The position numbers and the translations under genes were made by a program. This document shows positions 1-12,303 of a stretch of 64,000 nucleotides of DNA, piece by piece. Below the pieces are notes generated by a model, which saw nothing but the letters and a program-made list of their open reading frames with translations, did no database searches and was not told the origin of the DNA. Origin of the DNA: Zygnema circumcarinatum SAG 698-1b (Eukaryota; Plantae; Zygnematophyceae); NCBI GenBank assembly GCA_037447605.1, contig CM074812.1:682001-746000 (forward strand), given 5' to 3'. Numbering within the stretch: position 1 is the first letter of the stretch; each line of letters starts with the position of its first letter.

Positions 1-136
1 AAAGCGAGAGAAGGGAAACGTGACAAAGGGAGAGAGAGTTAAGAGCTGTACAGAAAGAGGACGAGAGGAGAGAGGGGACAAACCGTGAAAAGTTACCTCA
101 AGCAGAGTCTACGATAAGCTGCCCTTCGGTACAGAA

Positions 137-3100
137 TCAGTTGCAGTTCAAGTGGCCATCCTTGTCCTCATCGAACTTAGAGAACTCGTTACAAATCCAA
201 ACAATGTCGTCGTCCTCCACCTTCTTCATCTCCTTCAGCTTAAACAACACAAACTCCGCAAGACTGCAGAAAAAACCAAAGACGTTTCTTAAGAAATTCA
301 CCACTTACGCATACTTTGTTCACCTCGAGGAAACCCTTGAACTATATCAGCAACTAAAGACTAAGTTCAAAAGGGCACAGATTTGATCTGCCCCACCTCC
401 TCAACTTGCTCTTATCAAGAGACGACATGAGACAACGCTCGATGAGCGATAAAAAGGAAGGGAGGCCGAGAGAGAATGAGTGAGAGAAAAAGTAAACATA
501 TCCGAGAGAGAAAGCACCAGAGAGAGAGTGAGAGAGAGCGCACCAGAGGGAGAGTGAGAGGATCTGAGGGAGACAGAGAGAGAGAGAGGGAGAGAGAGGG
601 AGCATCTGAGAGAGGGGGGAGAGGGAGAGAGACCGAACACACCTGACTTTCCCGTCCAGGTCCAAATCCGCCGCTGTGAGCTCTTCCCTCGTGAGCGCCC
701 TCGAGAGCACGTCCGCCGCCAACTCTTGCTGCTGTTCGGCCACGCGCAGCTCCGTGATGCACAGGGCGAAGTGTGCGACTAGCAGAGTGCTCGAAAGGAT
801 CCACATTATCTGCACAGCGGCAATCACACTCGTTGGGCTTGATTGACTTGACTTTACTTGACTTGACCAACTTGACTTGACTTGATTTGACCAACTTGAC
901 TTGACGAACTTGCCTTGCCTTGCCTTGCCTTGACTTGACTCGACTCGACTTGACTTGACTTGGAGGTGCTGCTTCCTTCCGTTCCGTACCGCGAAGGCCC
1001 GTCCCCCGAGGGTCGTGAAGCTCTCGTCCCCGTACCCGACCGTTGTGACCGTAACGCACGCGCAGTAGAGTGCGTCTAGCGGCGCTAGGCCCTCCCCGTA
1101 GTGCAGCACGCCCGCCCCCACGAGGAGGGCCAATAGGACCGCGCCACCTGCCACGAGGACGCGCTTCCACGACTTGCGGCGGGAGGTTTCGATTCGCTTA
1201 AATATGGACTCCTCCATTTGAAGGAGGGCGTGGTCGCTGCGATGCTGCGCTTTTCTTCCTATTTCTAAATAGTCCATTACAGTGCTTTCCTGGAATGTTA
1301 GGAAGGGGTTAGGGTTTTGGGGGTTAGTGGGAGGAGGGTAGGGCGCTGCTGCTTGCGGTGGTAAGGGAGGTCGGAAGAAGGAGGGATGTGAGTTTGTGAA
1401 TGGTTTGGAAGGAGGTTTATCGAGGTGAAAGAAAGTCAACATCTATGTCAATAGCTTTGTTTAGTTTAAGCACCTTCCATTACAGTGGAGAAGTTACAAA
1501 CTTTTTGCAAACCGAAGAGCTCAGTAATCTTACAAAAAGAAAGCAAAAGAGGCTCGATAGGGGTGGTTTCGGTTGGATCAGAAGCAATCATAAACAAACA
1601 ATTTTTATTTTTTTGAGTGCCTTGAACATACCTGCTTCCGAACAAGGTATTCAGCTGCTTCAGAAAGGAGAATATTGAGGAGGCCAAAACCTGCAATGAC
1701 ACTACCAAAAAAATAAAAAAATTGGCAAATTGACGCTATTGTGGATTATCTGGAGTGAAAACATTCTAAAAGCAACGCTGTTTTCCTTGTCAAATCATTC
1801 AAAGGAAAACTTCGGTTTGGTGAGGCTCCCATGACTCATTTAAAATAGAGGGAAAAAAAACTGAGAATTTTTTGCAACAGAAGCACTTATTCATCCGCTC
1901 ACCGGCAAAAACAAAAAAACATGTGAAGACTTTAGCAGGGACGGTCTGAGGAGATAAATCTGGAAACCCACCACCCCAACAAAGTAATAAGAGAAAACCT
2001 TAATAAGGAACCCTTGGACCAATACATGCATTCACCTGTTGTATCCTCCACTAGAAGCAGCTCCTCTCCTCTCCCATCCCCACTCTCCGCACTCCTCTCT
2101 CCCCTCCTCTCCTCTCTCCCCTCTCCTCCCCTTCTCCCCCAATCTCCCTCTTCCCTCCCTTCCCCGCCCCCCACATCTCCTCTCCGATCCTCAGCCCTCC
2201 CATCCCATCTCCCCTCTTACTCTCCCTCAAGTTCCCCTTCCCTCCCCTCCCAACCCCTTCCCTTCGCTCCTCTCCTCTCTCCGACATAGCATTGGCAACA
2301 CTTACCTCCATAGCCAACAGAAGTGATTGTGACAATGCAGAAGTATAGCGCGTCTATAAAATTGTTTGTGGTGGAGCCAACCAAAAACCCTCCCACAAGG
2401 GAGTACATGGCCACTCCCACACACAAGTAGACAGCCAGTGCTATCACAGCAGAGTTGTACACAAAACGTGTTTCCGGCTCCGTTTCCACCACCTCAGAAT
2501 CAGCCTTCTCCATGTCCCTGTCTACGCGCGTCTCTACTTTCACAGTTTCTGCTTTGTCCGGAGATAGTCCCAAAAGCTGTGACTGTCCACCCGCACGGAT
2601 ATGCAGGTTCTTGAAGAGAAGCAGGACCTCCTGTAGCACACAAACACACTCTTGCCTATCATCAAGACAAGCGCGAAACCTATCACTCCAATCTCTTCCA
2701 TCTACACCCCCTTTCCCGCCTCCATCGCCCCCTTCCCTCCCCAACCTTTCTCTCTCCCATCCCTTTCCCCCTTCTTCCTTTCCCCGTCTCCTTCCCTCCT
2801 CCCTCTCCCCCTCACCTCCCCTCCTTTCTCTCCCCCTTCCTCCCCTCAAACCTTTCCCCCTTCCCTCCCTTCCCACCTCTCCCCTTCTTCTCCCTTCCTC
2901 CCTCTCCCTCTCCCCCTCCCCTCGCCTCCTTCCTTTCCCCCTCTCCTTCCCTCCTCCCTCTACCCCTTCCCTCCCCTACTCCCCCTCCCCCTCCCCCCCC
3001 TCCTCCGTCTCCCCTCTCCTCCACTCCTTCCCCTCCCCCTTCCCCTCCCCTCCCCTCCTCNNNNNNNNNNTCCCCTCGCCTCCTCCCTCTCCCCCTCCCC

Positions 3101-3388
3101 CCCTCCTCCCTCTCCCCGTCCCCTCCCCTCCCCGCCCCGGGCCCTCCTTACCGCCCGGGCCTTGGCCACACTCCATTTCCTGAGCCTGTCCTTCCATTCT
3201 TGCTCTCCGCCAGCGCGGCCCTCCCCTTCCACCCTCGACGGGGACGGCTCTCCCTTCCCCTCCTCCTTCTCCTTCTTCCACCGTGCGGAAACGCCGATGA
3301 GGGAGTGGAGCTTGCTTTTGAGGAAGGCAGGGGAGAGCTTCTGCGAGTCCTCGCTCGGCAGAGCGAGGTAGCTGCGCTCACTATCCAT
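137..3388 (-). CDS. TPK: Two-pore (tandem-pore) K+ channel, TPK/KCO family, with C-terminal EF-hands (paralog A)
   Basis: Six GT-AG exons in frame: 3388-2306 (contains a 10-N gap), 1959-1903, 1690-1632, 1289-990, 809-643, 263-137. Pore 1 DALYFCIVTITSVGYGD, pore 2 DALYCACVTVTTVGYGD, EF-hand-like ADLDLDGKVSLAEFVLFKLKEM and FDEDKDGHL. The start codon is inferred. Confidence 0.92.
836..962. repeat. (CTTGA)n pentanucleotide repeat in intron 4 of TPK-A
   Basis: Degenerate ACTTG/CCTTG/ACTCG units; they produce the spurious VKSS-rich ORF segment. Confidence 0.85.
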
Positions 3389-3579
3389 GGCGGACTCTAT
3401 CTGTCTCTCCCTCTCCTTCTTCCTATTCCTTCTATCCCCCTCTCTCTCTTCCCCTCTCCATCTTCGTCCTCCTCGTCCTTCCCCCTCCCCCCTCCTCTCC
3501 CCTTCCCCCTCCTCCTCCCCCACCCCCTCCACCTCCCTCTCTTCCTCTGTCCGTCTTCCTCCCCCTCCCTCTCCCTCTC

Positions 3580-3610
<31 letters not shown>

Positions 3611-3984
3611 CCGTCTCCCTCTCTCACCCTTCTCTCCGAACTTTCTGCGACCTCGCATATCTACCAATCGCGACGCGTCACGTGCACACAACAATTTGCT
3701 GATGCTCGAAATGGAAGGTCCAGTGCACATAATATGTACGGAATATACGGAAAAGTACAGTATAGTACAGTATGGTACAGTACAGTACTGTATGAACCGA
3801 TCGATATTTCCGTACATGATGTACGGTCGCACCATGCCACTTTGTAGCCACAATTCATCGAAGCCCGTCAGCCCAACTGGCGTTCACAGGAACCGTCACG
3901 ACGGACGGTGGGTGAATAACGGATATCGTGAAGCTTTCTATGCGAAATTATTCCAAAATTTCTGTCCAATCCGCGGCATCCGAG

Positions 3985-4580
3985 TTTAGGGTTTTAGAGT
4001 TTTAAGGGTTTTATGGCTAGGCTTTTTAGTGTTGTCAGTAGGGTTGGGGGCACGGTCCCCCTCCGACCCGTGCCCAGGGGCACGTGCCCCTCCCCCCTTG
4101 GGGGGAGAACATGCCCCTTTTTCGTGCCCCGTGACGTGACTGCATTGAGCAATTCAAATCGGCCCCAAAAAGAATATAATATTTTAAAAACGGTACGAAT
4201 GAAGGTACGGAAAGTACAGATGAATGTACTAAACGTACGAATCAAGGTACAAATGTACGGAAAAATATGAAAAGTACGGACAGTACTCAACACAACTTCA
4301 ATCGTCACCGGCCCGGGCCCGGTCGTACGAGGTAAGCGTCACGTGACAGGGGGCCGGGGGGGGCACGAAATATATGGGGAAAATTTTTGGAGGCGTGCCC
4401 CGGGCACGGACGGTCAAAAATGGGGGGCATGCCCCCCCCCCCCCGGGCATGCCCGTGCCCCCGTGCCCCCAACCCTAGTTGTCAGGGTTTTTAGCGTTTT
4501 TAGGCTTTCTAGGGCTAGGGTTTTTAATATTTTCAGGGGTTTTTAGGGTTTTTAGGGTTTTTTGGGTTTTTTGGGTTTTT
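3985..4580. repeat. Degenerate interstitial telomere-like (TTTTAGGG) array, interrupted by a MITE
   Basis: gtttagggttttagagttttaagggtttt at 3985-4030 and tttttagggtttttagggtttttt at 4486-4580. Confidence 0.75.
4039..4477. mobile_element. hAT-superfamily non-autonomous element (MITE), 439 bp
   Basis: TIR TAGGGTTGGGGGCACGG...CCGTGCCCCCAACCCTA; perfect 8-bp TSD GTTGTCAG at 4031-4038 and 4478-4485; many subterminal GTGCCC/GGGCAC motifs. Confidence 0.93.
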
Positions 4581-5667
4581 TTCATGGGACGGTTTGTCGG
4601 CACACTCCTAAAATGTCGGTGGGCGACAAATAGGCATTCCCTAAGCGTACACCACAACGGTCCAGGCGAAAAGGCCCACACGGCTGTACAGCCGGTACTG
4701 CCGGCCATTTAGCGTGTACTGTACCGTGCCGTCAGAAGTGAGCCCCCAGACGCAGTTTTGAGAAGTAACGGTTAAATTCATAGGTTGAGCTTATGGGCTA
4801 AATGTCGAAAAGTTCAACTCCGACTTAAGCTTTTCCTTTGGAAAAAGAAGAATTGGACCATCAGGGTTTCTTTGCATAGGAAGAATAAGCGCGCCTTTCT
4901 GTTTCGTAAATAAAGGTTTTTATAGCGTCAGATCTTAAAAAATCAACAAACTTATTGCTGGCCGGCAGGAATGACGTGGGCTGCCCGACAGGAATGACAT
5001 GGGCTGCCCGGCAAGAGCTTCACAGAGAGCAGGAGTGGTAGAGCCATGGGGTTAGTGGCGGAACCACGAATGTCCCTTCTCTAGGGCTCCCTCAGATCTT
5101 GAAAAACGGTTCGCCATTGACGATTGAATAGCAGAAATACGCACTCAAATTTCAGGGTTTTTTTCCCAACTCATTGGTCAGCGNNNNNNNNNNCGCCCCC
5201 CCCCCCCCCCACCCACCCCCCCCACCCTAAGCTAAAATCTTGGATCCGGCCTTGAATGAGCGCAAAAACTCCTGCGCCCTCTGGTTTTTTATTCTTATAA
5301 TGACACACTCACAACTGGAAAAGTAACACATCGTCTATAATCTGTTCAGTATTTGCAATTTTTTTTTTCTTCTGTTAAATAGCATGTACAGAAAGTGCTG
5401 GGTTACCTCGAGCAGCAGAAACAACATTTCAGGAAATCATGAAACCACGAGGAACCTAACACCTCAAGACGTGACGTTAAACAGCACGAGACCAAAACCT
5501 CCACCTTATATTACATCACGTTCGATGATTAAAACCGAACTCTATCCAAGCCTTTTGTAAAGCCTTTCGTAAAGCCCCACATTCCCCATCCTCACCCCGC
5601 ACTCACCTGGTGAAAATAACCCTCATGTTTGTAAAATAAATCAGAATAAATTTCCTCCGATGTTCAT

Positions 5668-8400
5668 TCACAGTGGCGGCCGCATTCCCTTCTCTGCCTG
5701 AGCCAACCTCAAATCATCGCGGTCGATATCCCCATCCCGATCAACGTCTAAGGAGTCGAATTCTTCACAAATCTCCTCCAGTTCAGCATAATTGACCTTG
5801 CCGAGCTCCTTCAGTTTATAAAGAATGAACTCGGCACGGCTGCTTGATAACAAACGGTGGTGAACAAGGAACGGAGAAGGAAATAAGAGAAGGGAAGTAT
5901 CAGAAGGGTGATTGACAGTTCTATAATACGCTTCTACGCAGTCTTCCGAATGCCCATCCTCGTGGTTTCCCTCCTCGTTGCATTGACCTTAGAAAGTTAA
6001 CTCTAGTAAACCATCCCGCAAGCCACCTACGAAAGGACTTCATCACCTTCTTAGTGTGAGCTATAATGCGAAGCCAAAGTTAGCAACTCTCATGCATTCT
6101 TTCGCTTTCTATTATGTCGAGAATAGGAGGAGAATGGACCCCTCGGGTTTGTACCAGGGAACAACTTTCAAGATAACGTGACCCTTTAACAAGTCATGGC
6201 ATCCCTCCCACAGAAACAATGAAGATGCTAACAGTGAACGGGTAGGTAATGGCTCGTACGTGACTTTCCCTTTCATATCAAGGTCAGCTGCATCCAAGTC
6301 TGCAAGAGTGGTCTGGCGATGGACAACCAGGTTTGCCACATGATGCTGTCGAACTGCTACTCGTGCTTCAGTGAGGCATACGAAGAAGTGGGCGGTTATG
6401 AGAGTGCTCGAAAGGATCCAAACAACCTACAAAACAGGTGGAAAACAATAGGAGACCCTTGGAGATTATTCATGAAATTCTTTAGCATCTGACATCCTAA
6501 AGCTTACGATAAATGAGTTGCAGGGAGAGGCAGCTGACAATGTCTGCGCTAAGAGCTTTTTCTGAAAGCGGACGTAGCTGTTACAAACGACTAACTAAAG
6601 AATGAAAAGCTAAGGAATTAATGAAGCAAGAAGGACAGAAAGTAGTTAACTGCAAAAATGCGGCCAGGAAGAGTCTCAAAGCTCTTATCACCATATCCGA
6701 CAGTCGTCACAGTCACACACGCGCAGTAGAAGGCGTCCACAAGAGGCATCTTCTCCAAGAAGTGAAGGACCAAAGTTCCAACTAAAATAACACCCAAAAG
6801 GAAGAATGCAGCGATATACACCCTCTCCCACGCCTCCTCTACTTCTTTAGCCGGACTTTCCGCCTTAAAATGTAGTTTTCCAGTCAGCCGAAGAAGGGGA
6901 ACGGTTTTTTGCAAACGCTTCATAACCATCCGTTCAGCATGAGCCATTCGGGGGGCAGCTCTTTGGTAGATCACATCTTTCACCAAATCCTCCTGCAAAT
7001 TACGACTGACAATTTGTATTAAGTGCAGTCAGACATATGTCGGAGCTCATAGGTTCTGAAAAGTGTAAATGAACAACTGCACATTTCAACTTTGTCATAT
7101 AATTGACAAGGAAGTCATATTGGTGGGGACGCTGCCCGATAAGCCCAAAGTATTGAGTGCATTTTTGGGGGGCAAGACCTTGTAATAATGATCACATTTT
7201 CACCTCTGCCATTGTCCTCATCTTAATGTACTCTAAATAAATTTTGGGGATTTTTTCTTGTAAGGCATGCTTCTTCATCTTAAGCTCCAAGTCCCATAAT
7301 TTGAAAGAAAGAAAGCTTTCACTCTTCGGGCAGGAGTCAGATATCAGCCGGTGTTGCTGACTAACCTGCTTTCGGACAATGAAATGGGCAGTGGCAGTCA
7401 GAAGGAGGTCCACAATTGCAAAGCCTGCCAAGCGCAGGCATGGCATAGCTTATAAAGCTCTTTCACAAGTCAGAGGAAGAAAAGGATCGTCAATCTTCAG
7501 CTTCACCTTTTTTGCCCTCTTTGCGCAGATTGGTTCCATGTTTTTAGTTTGCAGGTCATTACTTCATTCAGTTGCAGTCTCACCCACCGACATTTGCAAA
7601 AACGTAAAATGGGGAAGCAGACTATTGAAAGACGAAGATCAAGCCGGTGTGGAAATGAGCAACTAGCAATGTCGCCAAGAAATCATTCGATTTTGTTTGA
7701 TAGAAGCAAGAGAGAATACTTATCCTAAAGTAAGCACGTCCTTTATAGCTTACAGGAAGATACGGCAAGTAAAAAGATAAGAAAAGTTAACTAGGGTCAC
7801 AAGCACCAAAACCCCTGCATTTCATCTTAAAAATGCTCTCTCTACTCCCTCACTCTCTCCTCTCCATCTACCTCTCCCTCTCCCTCTCTCCCCTTCTACC
7901 CCTCTCCCCCCTCTCTCTCTCCCTCTCCCTCTCCCTCTCTCACCACCTTATCACTCATACGTGATGTGGAAGAAATAGTGCATCACAAAGGACTCAAAAG
8001 AAGTGATCTCAACTTCATTCATTCATCGAGAACATGCGCTGCCGATCCCCGAACTCCATTCGCCATCACCCTCATGAGTTTCACACAGTCCACAGCCCTG
8101 AAATGAAGTAATGGATGTTGCAAAGACAGCAACAAGTGCAATGGATCACAACTGGATAAAAAGCAAACAAAATCACATTTATCGACATTAGAATAAATTT
8201 TCTTTGTGGTGTTGAACAAGGGAACCGACGACTCACCTGCGAACACAAAGACGCAGTTGACGAGCTTGGTGACAACCATCGTCGGAACTACGTCTGCAAA
8301 GGAAACACGCTATAACATGTTACAATATTTCTCAAGGCTTCTCTCTCTCGCTCTCTCTCCCGTTCTCTCTCTCTCTCTCTCTCTGTCTCGCTCTCTCTCC

Positions 8401-8456
<56 letters not shown>

Positions 8457-9290
8457 CACGCGCTCTCTCTCCTGCCCTCTCTCGCTCCTCCAACCTTAGC
8501 TCTAAGTCTCGAAGCCTTAGTCTAACCCTACAATTTAGGCCTGGAAACAAATCTTAACACTGTAAAAATCAGGAAATCAATAAAAATACTGACGTGAGAA
8601 AAAAAAAAACCATAAGTGCAACACAAAAGTACAAGAAGAATTAAAAAAGAAAAAATAGGAATCGTGATGCGATACTTAGTCGATGCAAACTTCAACAAAT
8701 GACAAAAAAAGTAATGGAAAACTCAGATAGCCTGCAACTTCTTCCCGGTGTTCCGGAACAAAAAGGCACCTTCATCATCCGTCTTTATTCCTCTCGTCAA
8801 ACCTCGTTTTTTTTTTTTTTTCTTTACCTCCGTAGCCGACAGTAGTCATTGTAACAACACAGAAATAAAGCGCATCCACGATGCGATTTGTTGGTGAGGA
8901 GGCTCTCATGTCGTTGCCAAGAAACCAAAAAATTAAGATTCCGCCGAGCAAATATAAAGCAAGAGCGGAGCTTGCAGACCACACTCTTTCTTCGGAAGAA
9001 TTAGTTTGTGCAATATCTGCAGGTGAAGGTGCAGAATGAAAATCTCCGTCCTGAGGTTCAGTAGAGAGAAACTTCTCAGTCTTGGAACGAGAGATTATGG
9101 TGTGGTTGAGGTCAAGCCTTTCAAGAAGGAGCCTGCTTTCTCCGTGTAATTGTCGCAGACTGTCAGATCTTTTGGTTGGTTCAGACGCAGAATTATCCCT
9201 TTCTCTGAATGTCGTTGCAGGAATGACTCCATTGCATTTTTTTTCGCCGTCTTCTGCCGGAAGTTGCGCGTAATGAGTAGAAACAGACAT
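5668..9290 (-). CDS. TPK: Two-pore K+ channel, TPK/KCO family (paralog B)
   Basis: Six exons 9290-8828, 8293-8237, 7424-7366, 6992-6651, 6426-6260, 5839-5668, with the same intron positions and phases as paralog A. DALYFCVVTMTTVGYGD, DAFYCACVTVTTVGYGD, AEFILYKLKELGKV, EF-hand LDVDRDGDIDRDDL. Confidence 0.94.
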
Positions 9291-9534
9291 GGAGGAAACA
9301 TAAATATTAAAAAGGTAAAACGTGAGGCACTGCAGATTTGATTATTGCGTGTGCGCGATGCAAGCAGTATGCGGTGACATCATTTGAACAATTTCCGCAA
9401 CAAGGAGCTGCTCAAATGCAGAAAAAATGTTGGAAAATGTATGGAAATGTGTTCCTGAATGCTAAAATTGAAAGTTTTGAAGGTGCACCTGCTGCAGGAT
9501 GCACAGCCAGCTGTCCAACGAAAAAAGATACCAG

Positions 9535-9554
9535 TGACGTTTCTGCTTACGTCA
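9535..9554. promoter_or_regulatory. ocs/as-1-like element (TGA bZIP double site) upstream of TPK-B
   Basis: TGACGTTTCTGCTTACGTCA, reverse complement TGACGTAAGCAGAAACGTCA; 20-bp spacing matches the ocs consensus; ~245 bp upstream of the ATG. Confidence 0.5.
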
Positions 9555-10049
9555 CTTCATGTAAGGGCCAATTAGAGACCATTTCTCCTTCTTATTTATT
9601 TTATTTTTTGAGATTAGACCAATGATAGCTCGTCACGTCAGCAGTTATTTAAAGTCTGTTCCCAAGTTTTGACAAAGTTTTTCAAAACTTTCGTCATCGG
9701 TTCTTCCTCCCAACACCAAAAACTGCAAACGCGGTTTCTGGTTTCTGGTTTCTAGTTTTTAGTTTCTGGTTTTGGTTTGCAGTTTGTCCGCCGACGACGC
9801 CCTTTGTTTTGGGCCTTTTGGCTCGCTGACCGTAGCTCAAGAAATTCCATACGGACAGAGAGTACAGTAAGGTATTCGTACAGTACAGTACAGTATGTCG
9901 TAACTGGTCGTACGGTGATGTAGCGCCTCCTCCCGAAGTGATGTACAGACCATTTATGATAACAAAAATCGAGCAAAAGTGATGTCAGCAAACCATTCCA
10001 TAGTAATGCAGACTTTGGGATGTACTGTCCTGCATCATCTACATTGTAT

Positions 10050-10190
10050 AGAAAGTGATGTATCCCGAGCAGAAAGTGATGTATCCTGAGCAGAAAGTGA
10101 TGTAGCCTGAGCAGAAAGTGATGTATCCCGTGCAGAAAGTGATGAAACCCGACCACAAAGTGATGTAGCCCGTCCAGAAAGTGATGTAGC
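10050..10190. repeat. 21-bp tandem repeat, about 6.7 copies (AGAAAGTGATGTATCCCGAGC)
   Basis: Units start at 10050, 10071, 10092, 10113, 10134, 10155, 10176; the core AAGTGATGT also occurs dispersed at ~9935 and ~9976. Confidence 0.9.
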
Positions 10191-11029
10191 GCGGCGTGGC
10201 TGCAGCAGGAGCCTCCGATCGCCCTCTCCGCCACGTGTCGCGCGCTGAGGCCCTGAAGGGCGCATAAGGAGGAAGCTGGCTGCCGGCCTTGGCATCCATG
10301 GCATGTGAGCTTCGCCATGGCTGCGCCCTCCCGCTTCCCCTCTCCCTCCCTCTCCCTCTCCCTCGCGGCCGCCATGACCTGCCGCCGTCGTCCTACCACG
10401 GCCATGGCTGCGTTCTGCGAGAGAAGGAGGGAGAGCGCACCAGCTGTCGCCTCCAGGCAGCGCTACCTTGCAGATCTGAAGGTTGGAGAAGGAGAGAGAG
10501 AGAGAGAGGAGTGGTCGGCAGTGGAAGGAGTGCGCGTGGGATGGAGAGGAGAGGCCGATCCACTCTGCTAGGGTTAGGGTTAGGTTTAGGGTTGGGAGTT
10601 TCTGGGTCATCCAGTGAGAGAGGAGCACGGATTAAGGGCAGTTTGGATGGCGAAAAGTGGCGAGGGATTTACCGAAAAAAGGAGGAGGAGGAGGAGGAGG
10701 AGGAGGATGAGCGAGTTCTTGAGAAGATGAATGCAGATCGTTTTTCTTTGTTTTCGAAGAAAATTGAACTCAGGTCGGAGGTCGCCTCTCCTCTTTCTTT
10801 GGAGCTGCGTTGGGAGAGAGGGGGAGGGAGAGAGGGAGGGAGAGGTCTCCCCGAGGAGCCTCTGCGGGACTGCGATGAGTTTGGGCCCAACTTTTTTAAA
10901 ACGCTTCCAGAGGGAGTCAGGTGGTGATCTCTGTCATCTCCTCTCTCTCTCTAATTCTCGTGCTCTCTCTCACTCAGTGTCTTTCCGTCTCTCTCCATCT
11001 CGCGCGCTATCTCTCTCTTTCTCTCTCTT

Positions 11030-11092
<63 letters not shown>

Positions 11093-12303
11093 CTCACTCC
11101 GACTTTCTTTCTCTCTCGTCCACTATCGCTCTCCCTCTTTCTTTCTCATGCTGTCGTTCACTCCGTCCCCCCCTCTCTCTTCATCTCGCTTGCCCTTCCT
11201 TTCTGCCTCTCCCTACCCCTTTCTCTCTCTCTCTCTCCCTCTCCCCCCTTGCGCCCTCGTACTTTTTTCGTGTCTCTCTCTCTCACGCCTGTCCCCTCTT
11301 TCGTTTTGTCTTGTGCGTGTCATCTAGTGGAACTGTGTTTCTTTTTTTCTTCTCCATAGTACGTTCTTTTTGTTTGCCGAGCATGGCTGTATGCATCTCG
11401 ATAAAGTAGAGGGTGATATCCTGAATAGGACATAGCTTGCCAATGGAAATGAGAGTGAACTTCAATTTTAGGAGGGAGGAGGAAGATAAAGGGACAGGGA
11501 GGGGGAAAGGGAGAGCAAGAGTGGGAGTGAGAGAGAGGAAGAGAGATAGGAGGAGAGAGGAAAGGTAGACCCAGAGGAGGGAGAGAGGAGGAGAGATTGG
11601 GAAGAGCAGAGGGGAGGAAGGGCAAGAGAGGAAGGGAGAAGGGAAAGGATTGGGAAGGGAAGGGCAAGAGAGGGAGGGAGGAGGGAAGGGAGTGGGAGTG
11701 GGGAGTAGGAGATGAGATGAGAGATGGGGTTAAATGATGGAAGTGTTCTTGGTGTATAAACGTTTTTTATGGGCTTCTCTTATCAACAGCTTTAAGGACT
11801 TGCTGAAGCACTATAGGGCTGTTCGGGCCCAAATACGGAGCTGGAGCGATTATTTTTTTTCTCAACATGGAACTCGACCTTCGGTGAGCAGAGGAGTCCT
11901 TTGTTTATATATGCTGTATATGCTCTATTTATTTGTTTACTTATTGTATCTCTACTTATTTCTAAGTAGAATGCAGTCAGTTAATCGGTGTTTTTTTGTT
12001 TCTGGGGATTTGAGTTAGCGTAATGGCTACATCTCTCCTTCTCTCTCCCCCCCACCCCCCCTCCTTGGCTTGCTTCACTTGACAACGGGAATGGTGACCG
12101 TTTTCTACTTCATGCTGTGTTCTTCAGATTCTCCTGGAACCTTGATTTTAAGATGAAAATTCATCCGTCACTCTTGTTTGAGCCATTGATCTACTGATGG
12201 TTGAAATTTTTGACTTTCGTGCTTGAAGGTTTTGTGTTAGAGCTGTGGGTGAAGAAGGTTTGAATACTTACCTGCAGAGAAAGGGCTTGCCTGCATCATA
12301 AAA

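Noticed and set aside
10050-10190. CRISPR-like appearance of the 21-bp array
   Set aside because: No unique spacers, no cas genes, eukaryotic context; it is a minisatellite.
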